Assembly: GCA_965215015.1 (NCBI GenBank)
Contig: OZ244042.1
Location: forward strand, 1,344,001 to 1,408,000
Direction of reading: 5' to 3'
Length of the DNA stretch: 64,000 bases
Source: Candidatus Poribacteria bacterium
GTDB taxonomy: Bacteria > Poribacteria > WGA-4E > PCPOR2b
Shown: positions 51,129 to 62,097 of the stretch, piece after piece
Layout of the letters: the number at the start of each line of letters is the position of its first letter
Numbering within the stretch: position 1 is the first letter of the stretch
The notes under the pieces: generated by a model
Told to the model about the DNA's origin: nothing
The model's database searches: none
What the model saw: only the letters and a program-made list of their open reading frames with translations
Program-made: the position numbers and the translations under genes

Positions 51129-51626
51129 TTAATTATCGCTCTCGCGTTCCCCTAATTCTTTGTCTAACAAGTACAACGCCGTCCCCTGATCGCCGATCAT
51201 CTTCAGCTGATCCAGTATCTGACGGGCTTGTTTCTCCTCTTCAACCTGCTCGGAAATAAACCACTGCAACTCCACCTGCATGGCGTAGTCCTTCTCTTGC
51301 ACAGCCAACTCGTAGAACCGATTGATGGTCCCCGTTACGTGGTCCTCATGCTGCAATGCTTGCTGGAAGGCATCTACCGGGGACTGAAATTCTCCAGGGG
51401 GCTGGGCAATCGCTTCAAGGGTCCCATGTCCATTCCTATCGTGGAGATAGTCAAACAACCTCATCCCGTGTGCTTGCTCTTCTTGACTCTGTAATCGCAT
51501 CCAATGCGCGAAGCCTTGCAAATTAAGCGACTCAAAGTAGGCTGACACCGAAAGGTAAAAGTAGGAGGAGTAAAATTCATGGTTAATCTGTTTGTTCAAT
51601 GCTTCCTGAATGGCTGGACTTAACAT
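51129..51626 (-). CDS. ftnA: Non-heme ferritin
   Basis: QINHEFYSSYFY, QSQEEQAH, LQWFISEQVEEE. Confidence 0.93.
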   Translation of the reverse strand: MLSPAIQEALNKQINHEFYSSYFYLSVSAYFESLNLQGFAHWMRLQSQEEQAHGMRLFDYLHDRNGHGTLEAIAQPPGEFQSPVDAFQQALQHEDHVTGTINRFYELAVQEKDYAMQVELQWFISEQVEEEKQARQILDQLKMIGDQGTALYLLDKELGERESDN

Positions 51627-51659
51627 GGTTTCTCCTTCCTATTTCTGTTTTTTTAATAC

Positions 51660-51987
51660 GAAATCTGTTACACTACTCGCAAAACTTATGCCAAAGTGTG
51701 TGAGGGGGCGTACATGAGGCTTTTTAGGCTCTATATCGCATTGGAAACGAGTACGTGAGAAATGGCTCTGTCCCGCTTCCTGACTGCATCCTTGGCGTGC
51801 TTCACAAAATTATTTCGCGCTCAGGTAGATGTTATCACTGGTATGAAATGAAACAGGGGGAAGGCCCTCAAAGGGGTGCCACGGATGGGGCCCTATTTTG
51901 AGGTGGATGCCCCGCAAGCCCTCTCAGAGTCAAGGCCCGGGGCGATAGAAACAAATGTTGACAAAGACACAAATGTTTCACCCCTTT
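51660..51987 (-). promoter_or_regulatory. Sigma-54 promoter/enhancer block, copy 1
   Basis: TTGGCATAAGTTTTGC (-24/-12) at 51679-51694. Nearly identical to 56027-56363. Confidence 0.75.
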
Positions 51988-52208
51988 GAGGGGTAGAGAA
52001 CATCGGGAAGGATAAAAAGGGAATAGGGCGTTACTAGCCAAAATCAACCGCAAATTGCCTTGAATCCCGATCTTATCGCGGTTGATAAATTGAAAACTGA
52101 CAGAACCGACACCTTATGTGTCCCCTTTCGGTTAAGATTCCCAATCATATCAAGGGGGAGGGCACTGGGCCTGTTAGACAGGCCTAGCACCCTCGATTCA
52201 TGAACTGC

Positions 52209-52595
52209 CTATTCGTTTGAACCCTGAACATCGATCAGGATACTATGGTAGCCATCGCTAGAATTACACCACGCAGAGCAATACGCTTAACCGTTACTAG
52301 CAGACACACCGTTTCTCTCCGCAGTAACAGTTTCTTGAACGTAACCATCAAACGTATAGCTATCTTGGTCCTCATAATCCGTACCAGGAAGAATTATCCC
52401 ATGTATCCAAAACCAACCCTCGTCAGCAGCATTTGAGGCATTAAACGAGGCATGTGCTGTCACCTTAGATCCCGACTTAGTTACAGACCCAGAATCACTA
52501 AGCGGGCCATTATTGGCAACTTCCGCTAATAGCATTCCAGCAACAAACAACGCTGTCACAACACATAGGGCAAGGGTGAAACTTCTGGCCTTCAT
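52209..52595 (-). pseudogene. Small secreted protein with a probable premature stop at 52287-52289
   Basis: Signal peptide. The frame continues AYCSAWCNSSDGYHSILIDVQGSNE* after the TAA. Confidence 0.5.
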
Positions 52596-52678
52596 TTGTA
52601 ACCTCCTTTTCTTTGTGAGATTTCACTGTCCAAATAGGCAGTGCCGGAGCCATAACGGAGCAATCTCATGCAAACGGC

Positions 52679-53419
52679 TCAAGGCAAACTAAGAAATGAG
52701 TAAGGGTCAATACCTCCATCTTCACGGGGAATAACCTTTATCCAACTCGGTTCTATTCCCTCCCTAACCGCCTCCTCATACTGCCCAAGAGAACCATGAC
52801 TCAGCATACTAAAAACACTGCCATCCTTATATTCCTTCCGCTTAACGTAGACAGTGTCTTTATAAAGCGGATAGACTCTTCCATTCCTATCGCTCAGAAC
52901 GCCACTATCCGTTTTTTTTCCCCGTTTCCACAGTTTGATGAGGACCCGGTGAATTAACTCATGATCTATAGTCGCATAACCTTTATTATATGACTCCTCA
53001 AGCTCCGCCCAGACGTTTTGACGTGGATAATCCGGCGGAATCTCTGGATAGGGACCTAACCCATGCGGAGATTCACGAGGTGGTAGAGCTTTCAGCACTT
53101 CAGCTGTCAACAGTGCCCGCTCCTCATCTGATAGCTCTGCCAAGAAATCATCGACCGACTCACTCTCCGCAGGCGGAACCGTGGGCGTTGATTCCGTTTG
53201 CGGAGACGATAATGATTCCCCCCCGATAAGATCGGGGTCAACCTCAGAGGCGGTAACATTTTGGGACGGGAGTAGAGTCGGCGGAGAGATCTGTAGTACC
53301 TCAACAGGTTCAACATCACCATAGTACCAATGGCCTCCGAAATAACTACCCACAACGAATAGCACAGCGAACAGTATCGCTCCACCTATCACCAGCTTCT
53401 GCTTACCTGTAAAGTACAT
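52679..53419 (-). CDS. Membrane-anchored hypothetical protein
   Basis: N-terminal TM, Pro/Ser/Glu linker, SPHGLGPYPEIPPDYP, GIDPYSFL. Confidence 0.7.
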   Translation of the reverse strand: MYFTGKQKLVIGGAILFAVLFVVGSYFGGHWYYGDVEPVEVLQISPPTLLPSQNVTASEVDPDLIGGESLSSPQTESTPTVPPAESESVDDFLAELSDEERALLTAEVLKALPPRESPHGLGPYPEIPPDYPRQNVWAELEESYNKGYATIDHELIHRVLIKLWKRGKKTDSGVLSDRNGRVYPLYKDTVYVKRKEYKDGSVFSMLSHGSLGQYEEAVREGIEPSWIKVIPREDGGIDPYSFLSLP

Positions 53420-53425
53420 GGATTG

Positions 53426-53620
53426 TCACCTTTCCTGCTCCTGTTCAATTGCCGCTACGAGCGAAGCCATCCGCTCCACACACGGAGAACACCGGAGATC
53501 TACCGCTGTCGCGGGTTGGGGTGCAGGGGGGCCGGGCAATTGGTCCGTTGCGTACGCGATGAACAACCCCACAATGACCAAGAAACAGAGTACCCCCCAC
53601 GCTATCAGAAATATTCTCAT
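53426..53620 (-). CDS. Small membrane hypothetical protein with CxxC
   Basis: TM segment, CSPC, operon position. Confidence 0.5.
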   Translation of the reverse strand: MRIFLIAWGVLCFLVIVGLFIAYATDQLPGPPAPQPATAVDLRCSPCVERMASLVAAIEQEQER

Positions 53621-53655
53621 CTAGCTAGAAACCTCCTCTCCCTTACGATGCCGTT

Positions 53656-54678
53656 CTACCTGACCGGGGCCGGCAACAACGGATTGGGCAACTTAGGGTT
53701 AGATTTAATCTCCCCCCAGTGCAGGAGGAGCCTTCCTTGTTGAGCGGGGACAGATAAGCGCGGATTCCATTCCTGTGGGGCGCCATCGGAGAAATTGTTA
53801 GCCGTCAACTGTATCAGTTCGCGCGTACCGAGTCGATAGCGGTAGATGTGCCGTGGGGCTTTCCCATCTTTCCAACCCTGAAAGAGTATCGACTTCCCAT
53901 TGGCGGCGAAAACAGCATCACCAAAGTTTATCTCTGGTATCTGCACCCACTCCCGATTCATCACTAGCCCCTGCCTTGCTGGATCCAGCGTGGTAATGAC
54001 CAGAAAACGAATGCTACCGTTTTTTCTCTTAACTATTTCCTTATGCAACACCCGATTCCCATCGGGAGACCAGCCACCCAAATGCATCGTTCTATCCGGC
54101 TTCGGCCCAGCGACCCGCCATAAATCCGTGCCATCGGGACGAACGGCATTAATCTGTCTACTTTGAAACCCGTCGATCACTGGGCCGTTTCCCTCAAAGA
54201 GAAGCCACTGCCCATCCGGCGACCAACGCAGTCGGCGAAAAAACCATCCGCCATCCCTAATCAACCTGACATTGCCTCCATCGGCATCCATTACAAGATG
54301 CTTGAAAGGAGGGCCTCCCTGACCGTCGATGTGGAAGCGCTGAAACGCAATCTGTCGTCCGTCAGGCGACCAACAGGGGGTCGTATCAAGGGCAGGATGA
54401 CGGGTCAGGTTGCGTTGGTTGCTACCATCGGCATCCATCACATATATCTCGGCATTCCCATCCCGCTTGCTGTGAAACACAATCTGTCGTCCGTTGGGAG
54501 ACCAGTTAGGAGAGGAATCGTTCGCCTCGTTGAAGGTCAACCGCGTCTGATTGCTGCTGTCGAAGTTCATCGTGTAGATTTCGTAATTTCCATCCCGATT
54601 GGACTCAAACACAATTTTAGCATAAAGTGAGCTGGTGACCAGCCACAGGCCCGCTACAAGCAAAACAATTCGCTTCAT
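53656..54678 (-). CDS. Secreted TolB-like PD40 beta-propeller protein
   Basis: Signal peptide, repeated WSPDG, C-terminal [11 protein letters not shown]. Confidence 0.85.
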   Translation of the reverse strand: MKRIVLLVAGLWLVTSSLYAKIVFESNRDGNYEIYTMNFDSSNQTRLTFNEANDSSPNWSPNGRQIVFHSKRDGNAEIYVMDADGSNQRNLTRHPALDTTPCWSPDGRQIAFQRFHIDGQGGPPFKHLVMDADGGNVRLIRDGGWFFRRLRWSPDGQWLLFEGNGPVIDGFQSRQINAVRPDGTDLWRVAGPKPDRTMHLGGWSPDGNRVLHKEIVKRKNGSIRFLVITTLDPARQGLVMNREWVQIPEINFGDAVFAANGKSILFQGWKDGKAPRHIYRYRLGTRELIQLTANNFSDGAPQEWNPRLSVPAQQGRLLLHWGEIKSNPKLPNPLLPAPVR

Positions 54679-55853
54679 TTGGGAACCTCCCCTCTACTGT
54701 GATGCTGCGCTACCTGCTTGGCAACCTCCGGGTCGTTCTCTCTCAGGCGGCGGAGCCCCTCTTCGGGTCCGTACTGATTCAAGGTGGACATTGCCCGCTC
54801 AAACCGATCTAACGAAAATTGCGCTTTCAACGCAGCTTCAAGTCCCACCTCGGTGGAATGAGCGGACCGGGCGGAGGACACATCAGTGAAACCGGGGGCC
54901 GCTGTCTCTGTAACACGATCATCGGTCTTGGGAGTTATAGAACCTTCAGAGGCTTCGGGCGATGGTGGGTCTATGCCAGGACGGTGCCCCTCCGTTTCGC
55001 TAAGGGATGCTGAGGGACTTTCCGGGACGGACGATAAATCCCACCAAGGGGTGGAGGCCGGTGCTTCGGTCGTCGAAACACCGGCTGTCTCTGCAGCAGC
55101 AACAATACTCGCCGCGTTTCGCTGCACATCGGTCATCCAGACAAAAGCGAGGTTGCTCTCTATGTCTGCCCGATCGGTCTGGATGGCCCCCTCCCACTCC
55201 CAATCGAACTGCCCAAAGAACCATCCAAAGTTCCGCCGGTCTTTGAGCCTAAATTGAGTGAGCACTTTTCTACGTTGCAGTGCTGCTTCCGTCGGATTTG
55301 TCAGGTCTACTGGCTCAGCGGATAGGAACAACTTCGCCATCTTTAGACGCATCTCCGGCTCGTAATCTTCAGGCTCCCCAGTGGGAAAGTGGAGACGGAA
55401 GTGTTCGACTAATGCATTCCAAGGCACCGGAACCCCTTGCGATTCCATGAATTCAAGCCATGCCCGGGGACTAGTGCCATTCTTGGTTTTTAGAAATACA
55501 CGAAACGCCGGTGAATCCATGACCTCAAGCAATTTTTGAATGCGTGGGGTTGAGAGCTCCTCTTCGCTCAACAGGGACATAAAATTACTTTTAGCGTGCC
55601 GTGCAACTCTTTCATAGCGATCCAGGGGTTCTTCATCGCGACTTGGAGGCGATTGCAGGCCGTTTCGATTTTCAGTTGGCAACCCGTTTTCGGTAGGGAA
55701 CACCGATTGAGGTTCCCTACTGGCCTTTTCATGGACTGGAAGGTCTCTGGACTGCTGCTCCCGAAGAAAAAACCATACCGACACACAAACGGCAATCCCT
55801 ATCAACAGCGCGCTACCCACAACCATCCCTTTTCGGATTGATTCGGTTTTCAT
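54675..55853 (-). CDS. Membrane-anchored hypothetical protein
   Basis: N-terminal TM, SD ggagg, C-terminal [18 protein letters not shown]. Confidence 0.7.
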   Translation of the reverse strand: MKTESIRKGMVVGSALLIGIAVCVSVWFFLREQQSRDLPVHEKASREPQSVFPTENGLPTENRNGLQSPPSRDEEPLDRYERVARHAKSNFMSLLSEEELSTPRIQKLLEVMDSPAFRVFLKTKNGTSPRAWLEFMESQGVPVPWNALVEHFRLHFPTGEPEDYEPEMRLKMAKLFLSAEPVDLTNPTEAALQRRKVLTQFRLKDRRNFGWFFGQFDWEWEGAIQTDRADIESNLAFVWMTDVQRNAASIVAAAETAGVSTTEAPASTPWWDLSSVPESPSASLSETEGHRPGIDPPSPEASEGSITPKTDDRVTETAAPGFTDVSSARSAHSTEVGLEAALKAQFSLDRFERAMSTLNQYGPEEGLRRLRENDPEVAKQVAQHHSRGEVPK

Positions 55854-56026
55854 CGATTTTTACCTCCGCTTGGCGGTAGCTTACCCCCGAATTAGCATTC
55901 CGTTAGAACCTGTATTAAAGAGAACTTACGCAGTTGCGCGCTTTAATCTTCGTAGTTCGGTGATTCAGTGCCCATGGGACACGGGCTAAATTGCCCGACT
56001 ACAAGCTGAAGCGCGTAACTCTTAAA

Positions 56027-56363
56027 GAAATCTGCTACACTATAACAAAAGTAGGCAAAACTTATGCCAAAGCGTGTGAGGAGGCGTACATGAGGCTTTT
56101 TAGGCTCGATATTGCATTGGAAACGAGTACGTGAGAAATGGCTCTGTCCCGCTTCCTGACTGCATCCTTGGCGTGCTTCACAAAATTATTTCGCGCTCAG
56201 GTAGATGTTATCACTGGTGTGAAACGAAACAGGGGGAAGGCCCTCAAAGGGATGCCACGGATGGGTCCCTATTTTGAGGTGGCTGCCCCGCAAGCCCTCT
56301 CAGAGTCAAGGCCCGGGGCGATAGAAACAAATGTTGACAAAGACACAAATGTTTCACCCCTTT
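56027..56363 (-). promoter_or_regulatory. Sigma-54 promoter/enhancer block, copy 2
   Basis: Same -24/-12 motif at 56055-56070. Direct repeat of 51660-51987. Confidence 0.75.
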
Positions 56364-56649
56364 AAAGATAAGAGATGGAAATATAGGTTCATATAAAAAA
56401 AGTGTATGGCGCGAAGAGAAACCGAGTTTTGCCGGAAAAAACCGGTTTCTGTTGCACGATTTCTTAACATGAACTAAAGATTCGATAGTGGCCCGATGAG
56501 AATAGACTTATCCAATTGTTCAGTCGGATTCAGCTGTAAATCGGTAGATTCTAAAAAAAATATACTTACCTTCGCAATCAAATCGTGCTATAATCAGCTT
56601 TTGCAAGTTTTGTACTCCGCATTTTGATAGTAGTCCTATGGAGAGATCT

Positions 56650-57387
56650 ATGAATCCAGTCCAAACAATTTCATCTGAAGAGTTAGAGCTTCTCAAGGCC
56701 GCAGATACACCCACAATTTGTAACGTTATTGAACTTTTCGACGTACGTCCACGAAACACCGGCTATATGGATGCCCGCATCCAAGCCTGCTTCCCAGAAA
56801 TGCCACCGATGGTCGGCTATGCGACGACAGCGACCCTCTCTACTGATAATCCGCCGCGTGAAGGGGAGACCTACGCCGGCATGGAGGGACAACTTGCACA
56901 GTTGGATTCAATTCCTGAACCCCGCGTCGTTGTCTTCCAAGATCTCGATGTACCGTCTGCTGCGGCGACATTTGGCGAAGTGATGTGCATGACCTATCAG
57001 ACTTTCGGTTGCGTAGGGCTGATCACGAGTGGGACCGGGCGAGATTTAGATCAGGTGCGGGAGATTGACTTCCCTGCCTTTACAGATGGGACCATTTGCT
57101 CTCACGGCTATCACCAAATTACCGACGTAAACGTCCCGGTGCATGTCGGGGGGATTACGGTGTATCCCGGGGACTTGATACATGGCGATTGTAACGGTGT
57201 AACAACGATTCCGAATCATATCGCCGGCAGCGTTGCCCGCCTGTGCGCGGAATATATGGAAGCTGAAGGTTATGTGCTCGACTTCCTTAAAACAGGGGGG
57301 CGCGATTTGGAAGGGCTGCAGGCAGCACGCGCCGCGTGTGCTGAGAAGTTTGCTGAACTCCAAGAGCGTGCGTTAGATTCGTTATGA
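56650..57387 (+). CDS. RraA/HMG aldolase family protein
   Basis: DTPTICN, FGEVM, GTGRD, PGDLIHGDCNGV. Confidence 0.88.
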   Translation: MNPVQTISSEELELLKAADTPTICNVIELFDVRPRNTGYMDARIQACFPEMPPMVGYATTATLSTDNPPREGETYAGMEGQLAQLDSIPEPRVVVFQDLDVPSAAATFGEVMCMTYQTFGCVGLITSGTGRDLDQVREIDFPAFTDGTICSHGYHQITDVNVPVHVGGITVYPGDLIHGDCNGVTTIPNHIAGSVARLCAEYMEAEGYVLDFLKTGGRDLEGLQAARAACAEKFAELQERALDSL

Positions 57388-58319
57388 AAATTGGATTGTT
57401 CTACGAACCTGCTTATTGGTTTCTGTTAAAAGATTTGGTTCGGGAGCTTGAACACGAAATCAGGCTTGTCGGTGGACAGAGTTATCGAGTGACAACGGCA
57501 ACGCTCGATCAGACGGATGTAGATCTGGTCTATGTATTACCCTATGATGAACAGGAAACACTGAAACAACTTGAACCAAAGTACCTGGTGATCAATTCAA
57601 TGCGATCGCAGGAGATTGCCATTGATAAAATTGCGACCTCTCGGCTCATGGTCGAAAACAATCTGCCGACACCTGAAACGGTCATCTCACAGACACCCGA
57701 TGCCGTGGTAAAGATGTTGGACCGTTACGGAATCGCTCTGTTGAAATCGACAAACCTATGTGGCGGTGCAGGCCATCGGATCCTACGCCGTGAGGGAAGA
57801 ACGATAACTACACGGAGGCGCGATCAAACCTATCAGGTTGCTTTTGGGGCACACAACTACATCCTCGATCAGACGCTCGTGCTTGCGCCGCCTTACTATG
57901 TGCAGCAGTTCATCGGCACACCAGCACAAACCAATGACCGCGTCTATCGTATGTATGTTGTCGGGGATAGGGTCGTTATGGGTACAATGCGCGTGAAGGC
58001 GGGTGTTGATACAGTTGAGAAGTCAATTATCAACGTTGCAACGGGAGCGCGTTACGAATTTTTACCAATCCTTGATGAGGAAATCGTGTCACTCGCTCTG
58101 CGTTTGGCAGATCTAATTGGGTTTGAGATTGGTGTCGTTGATTTCTTACGCGAGCCCTCCGGACGCCCGCTGCTCATTGAAGCGGATTGCGATGGCTGCC
58201 ATCTGTTCGTCTGCCGAAAGTTCCAAGAGGCCCCGGGGTACGGGGCACCCTACAATTTTAACGCACATCTTGTGAAACGGCTTGCGGAGATTGTAGATGG
58301 TGCACCGCACCGCCGATAA
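57384..58319 (+). CDS. RimK-like ATP-grasp ligase
   Basis: DKIATSRLM, LPTPET, QQFI, NVATGA, GVVDFL, LIE. Confidence 0.75.
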   Translation: MKIGLFYEPAYWFLLKDLVRELEHEIRLVGGQSYRVTTATLDQTDVDLVYVLPYDEQETLKQLEPKYLVINSMRSQEIAIDKIATSRLMVENNLPTPETVISQTPDAVVKMLDRYGIALLKSTNLCGGAGHRILRREGRTITTRRRDQTYQVAFGAHNYILDQTLVLAPPYYVQQFIGTPAQTNDRVYRMYVVGDRVVMGTMRVKAGVDTVEKSIINVATGARYEFLPILDEEIVSLALRLADLIGFEIGVVDFLREPSGRPLLIEADCDGCHLFVCRKFQEAPGYGAPYNFNAHLVKRLAEIVDGAPHRR

Positions 58320-58348
58320 TGAATCGCAAACTGTCAAGGAGATCAATT

Positions 58349-59179
58349 ATGAACCTACAAGAACAGAAAACCTTCTTTGAAGAAGAGGGGTACCTCATTG
58401 TAGAAAACTTACTATCGCCTGAAGAATTGGCAGAATGTCAGACGGAAATTTTGCGCCTGCACAAATTTGCCGCCGAGCTTGAAGCGAAGGGCGAAAATGG
58501 GCACTTTCAACGTGAACCTTACGCTAAAAATGAGTCGCAGGTGTTGGCATCCCGCGGTATTGAGGACGATAGGCTTCCGGTGCTAAGAAAGGCTGAAAAC
58601 ACCCGTCAATATTCAGAAGTATTTCGTCGGCTTTCAATCCATCCGAAGCTGATTCAAGTTGTGCAAAACCTTATCGGTCCCGATCTGTTGCTGTTCAGAA
58701 GTACCCTAATGTTCAAGCCGGCATTCCATGGTTCAGCACACGGCATCCACCAAGATTCTGCGTATTGGCCCATGGAACCACCGATGCTAGTAACAGTGAG
58801 CATTGCTCTCAATGATGCTACACCTGAAAACGGATGCTTTAAGGTGATTCCGCAGAGCTACAAATGGGGGCTTCAATCTTGGGGACATATCGCTCGCAAA
58901 CAGGATGAATCCTTGACAGACCACGAGGAGCGGAATTTCTCAGAGCAGATTGATGTTCCCTTGTCTGCGGGAAGTGCGTTATTTTTTCACAGCCTTATGG
59001 CCCACGGTTCCGGGCCGAATAGATCGCCGAATCCAAGGAACACCGCACTTTACGCATACTTCTCGCCACAAGTCCGTTATGTGCCACGCGATGGCAAGCC
59101 GGGACGGAAATCCTTCCCGGTTGCTGCCGGACTTGATGGCAAAGCGGAACTGACCCTCGTCGCTGAAGGTGCGAAGTAG
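58349..59179 (+). CDS. PhyH family dioxygenase
   Basis: EGYLIVE, HQDSAYW, ENGCFKVIP, HGSGPN. Confidence 0.9.
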   Translation: MNLQEQKTFFEEEGYLIVENLLSPEELAECQTEILRLHKFAAELEAKGENGHFQREPYAKNESQVLASRGIEDDRLPVLRKAENTRQYSEVFRRLSIHPKLIQVVQNLIGPDLLLFRSTLMFKPAFHGSAHGIHQDSAYWPMEPPMLVTVSIALNDATPENGCFKVIPQSYKWGLQSWGHIARKQDESLTDHEERNFSEQIDVPLSAGSALFFHSLMAHGSGPNRSPNPRNTALYAYFSPQVRYVPRDGKPGRKSFPVAAGLDGKAELTLVAEGAK

Positions 59180-59480
59180 GCCCCAATCTGCCCTCTGCTA
59201 AACCATCCAGTTGCAAACAGAGAAAGCGCATGTCAAAAGAAAGTGCAATACGCAAACGGCGTGAAACGTGATACCTGAAACGTGAAAACTATTAGTTCAT
59301 TGGTTCATTGATGCAGTCGGGCTAGGAAACCTGACCTACGGGCACGTAGAAAAAGCAAGCGTACAACGCAAAGAGAAGCTGAGTTTTTGGCAAGCACGGG
59401 CGGAGAAACCCTTCCCCTACGGTTTCTGTTGCACGACCTCTTAACATGAGCTATAAAAAAAGGGAAAAATAGGAAAATCT

Positions 59481-60860
59481 ATGACGAATTGGGAAAACTA
59501 TCTGGAAAACAATAAGTCTCGATTCTTGGCTGAAATGCTGGACTTTATCCGTATCCCGAGCATCTCTGCACTATCTGAGCACGCCGGCGACATTCAGCGG
59601 GCCGGTGAATGGGTTGCAGACCGTATGAACGCCGCTGGCATTGAAGCGGTACGCGTTCTGCCGACCGGTGGACCTCCGGTGGTCTACGGTGAATGGCTGC
59701 ACGTCCCCGACAAGCCAACCGTCTTGATCTATGGTCACTTTGATACACAGCCTGTTGACCCGGTAGACCTGTGGTCTCACCCACCCTTTGAGCCTGTCGT
59801 GCAAGAAGGGAAAGTGTACGCCCGCGGTGCCTCAGATGACAAAGGAAATATGCTTATTCCCATCCTCGCCACCGAGGCAATGCTTAAGACGGAGGGAAGC
59901 TTGCCGGTCAATCTGAAATTTTTCTTTGAAGGCGAGGAAGAGATCGGTAGCGGCCATCTCCCGGACCTGATAGACTCCCATAAAGAATTACTAGCTTGCA
60001 ATCTGGTGGTCAGTGCGGATGGATTGCAGTGGCGCGAAGACCAACCCTCACTGCTTGTTGGGTTCAAGGGACTGTGCGCGCTACAGATTGATGTGAAGGG
60101 TCCGAATGTAGATTTACACTCCGGTATCTACGGGGGCACCGTCCAAAATCCGATCCACGCCTTGGTGCGGCTCCTAGATTCTATGCGTAGTCCAGCGGGC
60201 GATGTATTGGTCCAAGGTTTCTACGATGAGGTCGTCCCGCTTTCCGCGACGGATCGAGATCAGATTGCCGCTATTGGTCACGATGAGACAGAATATAAGG
60301 AACAGCTCGGCTTGGATCACCTCTTTGGTGAGCCCGGTTATACGGCACTTGAACGGGCATGGGTTCGCCCAACACTTGAGCTGAATGGAATCTGGGGCGG
60401 TTTCCAGGGAGAGGGCAGCAAAACCGTCATCCCGAGTGAAGCCCACGCTAAAATTACCTGCCGCCTTGTGCCCGACCAAAACCCCAACAAAATCTTGGAA
60501 CAACTCGCAAGCCATATCGAAAAACATACGCCTCCGGGGGTAAAAATAAGTGTCACCCCAAAGGCGGCACCTTCCCCGGCATATCGAATCCCCGATAATC
60601 ATCCGGGGAATCAGGCTGCCTATGCTGTGCTTGAGGAGGTGTACGGAAAAACGCCGTACTACACCCGGCTAGGTGGTACACTTCCGGTATGTCGTCTCTT
60701 CCTAGATAAGCTAAATGTCTATACAGTGACCTTCGCCTTCGGCTTGGAGGATGAAAATGCACACGCCCCGGACGAATTTTTCCGGATTCGCAGCTTTGAG
60801 CAAGGGCAGAAAGCCTATTGTAAGTTGTTGCAACGGCTTAGCCAGCAGGAAGGCTTATAA
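59481..60860 (+). CDS. M20 family dipeptidase
   Basis: YGHFDTQP, ARGASDDKG, EGEEEIGS, DLHSG, HAPDE. Confidence 0.93.
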   Translation: MTNWENYLENNKSRFLAEMLDFIRIPSISALSEHAGDIQRAGEWVADRMNAAGIEAVRVLPTGGPPVVYGEWLHVPDKPTVLIYGHFDTQPVDPVDLWSHPPFEPVVQEGKVYARGASDDKGNMLIPILATEAMLKTEGSLPVNLKFFFEGEEEIGSGHLPDLIDSHKELLACNLVVSADGLQWREDQPSLLVGFKGLCALQIDVKGPNVDLHSGIYGGTVQNPIHALVRLLDSMRSPAGDVLVQGFYDEVVPLSATDRDQIAAIGHDETEYKEQLGLDHLFGEPGYTALERAWVRPTLELNGIWGGFQGEGSKTVIPSEAHAKITCRLVPDQNPNKILEQLASHIEKHTPPGVKISVTPKAAPSPAYRIPDNHPGNQAAYAVLEEVYGKTPYYTRLGGTLPVCRLFLDKLNVYTVTFAFGLEDENAHAPDEFFRIRSFEQGQKAYCKLLQRLSQQEGL

Positions 60861-60867
60861 CCACTTA

Positions 60868-61031
60868 TAACCAATGGTGCGAGTTTGCAACTGTTGATAC
60901 GCTCCTAAGTTTAGTTCATTCATTGGTTCACTAGTGCATTGATGAACGAATGTACTAATGAACCAGTGAATTCTTGAACCAATGAACCAAGGGGTGGAAA
61001 CAACAGCTTTATCAACTCACACTAAAGGTTT
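60868..61031. repeat. MITE-like repeat family C (second copy 61897-62068)
   Basis: Ends taaccaatgg(t/c)gcgagtttgcaac / actcgcaccaaaggtta. The two copies flank the SDR gene. Confidence 0.65.
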
Positions 61032-61083
61032 ATAAAGTTCGGCGTTCAACCGTGCTCGATTACAATAAGGAGGAACAGAAACT

Positions 61084-61881
61084 GTGCAATTGGTCAATCG
61101 AACAGCGATTATAACAGGGGCTGGATCGGGCATAGGTCGTGCGACCGCCCGCCGATTCGCCGCCGAAGGTGCTCACGTCGTCGTGGCGGATATCAATAAT
61201 GCCGCTGGAGTGGAAACCGTTGAGACAATTAATGAAGGCGAGGGGGGAACTGCTCGGTTTATGCATACCGATGTAACCGACTCCACTGAGGTCAAAGCAC
61301 TGGTGTCCGAAACAGTTGATGCCTACGGCGGCGTTGATATTCTGGTGAACAATGCCTACTTCTGCGATGGAGACGACATTCTCACCGTTGATGAGGAGCT
61401 GTGGAACAGAAATATCCGTGGATGCTTGTCAAGTGCTTTCCTTTGTTGTAAGACTATTTTGCCGCACATGATTGGTCAAGGCAGGGGAGCGATTGTGAAC
61501 ATCGCTTCGGTGAATGGGCTGCTCGGACTTGGTGAGGAGGGATACAGTGCTGCCAAAGCGGGGGTTATCTCGCTGACGCAAAACATCGCTGTCCGCTACG
61601 GAGAACATGGCGTCCGCGCCAATTCAATCTGTCCGGGCTCCATTCAAACACCCGCGTGGAAGGCGGTACTTGAAAAGGATCCGGACCTCTTTAACCGCCT
61701 GTCGAAATGGTATCCACTCAAACGGGTCGGCAAGCCTGAAGAGATTGCTGCGGCTGCCCTCTTTCTAGCGTCAGACCAAGCATCTTTCGTCACTGGAACA
61801 AACCTCATCGTTGATGGAGGGCTGACCGCCGGGCTGAAGCGCATGGGCGAAGAACTGGTAGGAGAGGGCACAGAGATTTAA
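61084..61881 (+). CDS. Short-chain dehydrogenase/reductase
   Basis: TGAGSGIG, LVNNA, YSAAK, VDGG. Confidence 0.93.
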   Translation: MQLVNRTAIITGAGSGIGRATARRFAAEGAHVVVADINNAAGVETVETINEGEGGTARFMHTDVTDSTEVKALVSETVDAYGGVDILVNNAYFCDGDDILTVDEELWNRNIRGCLSSAFLCCKTILPHMIGQGRGAIVNIASVNGLLGLGEEGYSAAKAGVISLTQNIAVRYGEHGVRANSICPGSIQTPAWKAVLEKDPDLFNRLSKWYPLKRVGKPEEIAAAALFLASDQASFVTGTNLIVDGGLTAGLKRMGEELVGEGTEI

Positions 61882-62097
61882 TAAACTAACCCTATTTAAC
61901 CAATGGCGCGAGTTTGCAACCGTTGATAGCGTGATGCGTGAAACGCGAAGAGAAAAATAGAATGCAAGGACGCTAGGAAATTCTCTTAAAAAAACTTTGC
62001 GTTATTGTGTTAAGTATTCTTAATGAACTAATGCGCTCAATATCCTCACCGACTCGCACCAAAGGTTATTTAAGGGATGAAGATTGGAGATAGAACC

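Noticed and set aside
56138-56365. 75-aa ORF in the duplicated block
   Set aside because: The other copy has a TGA in this frame; the block is better explained as regulatory DNA.
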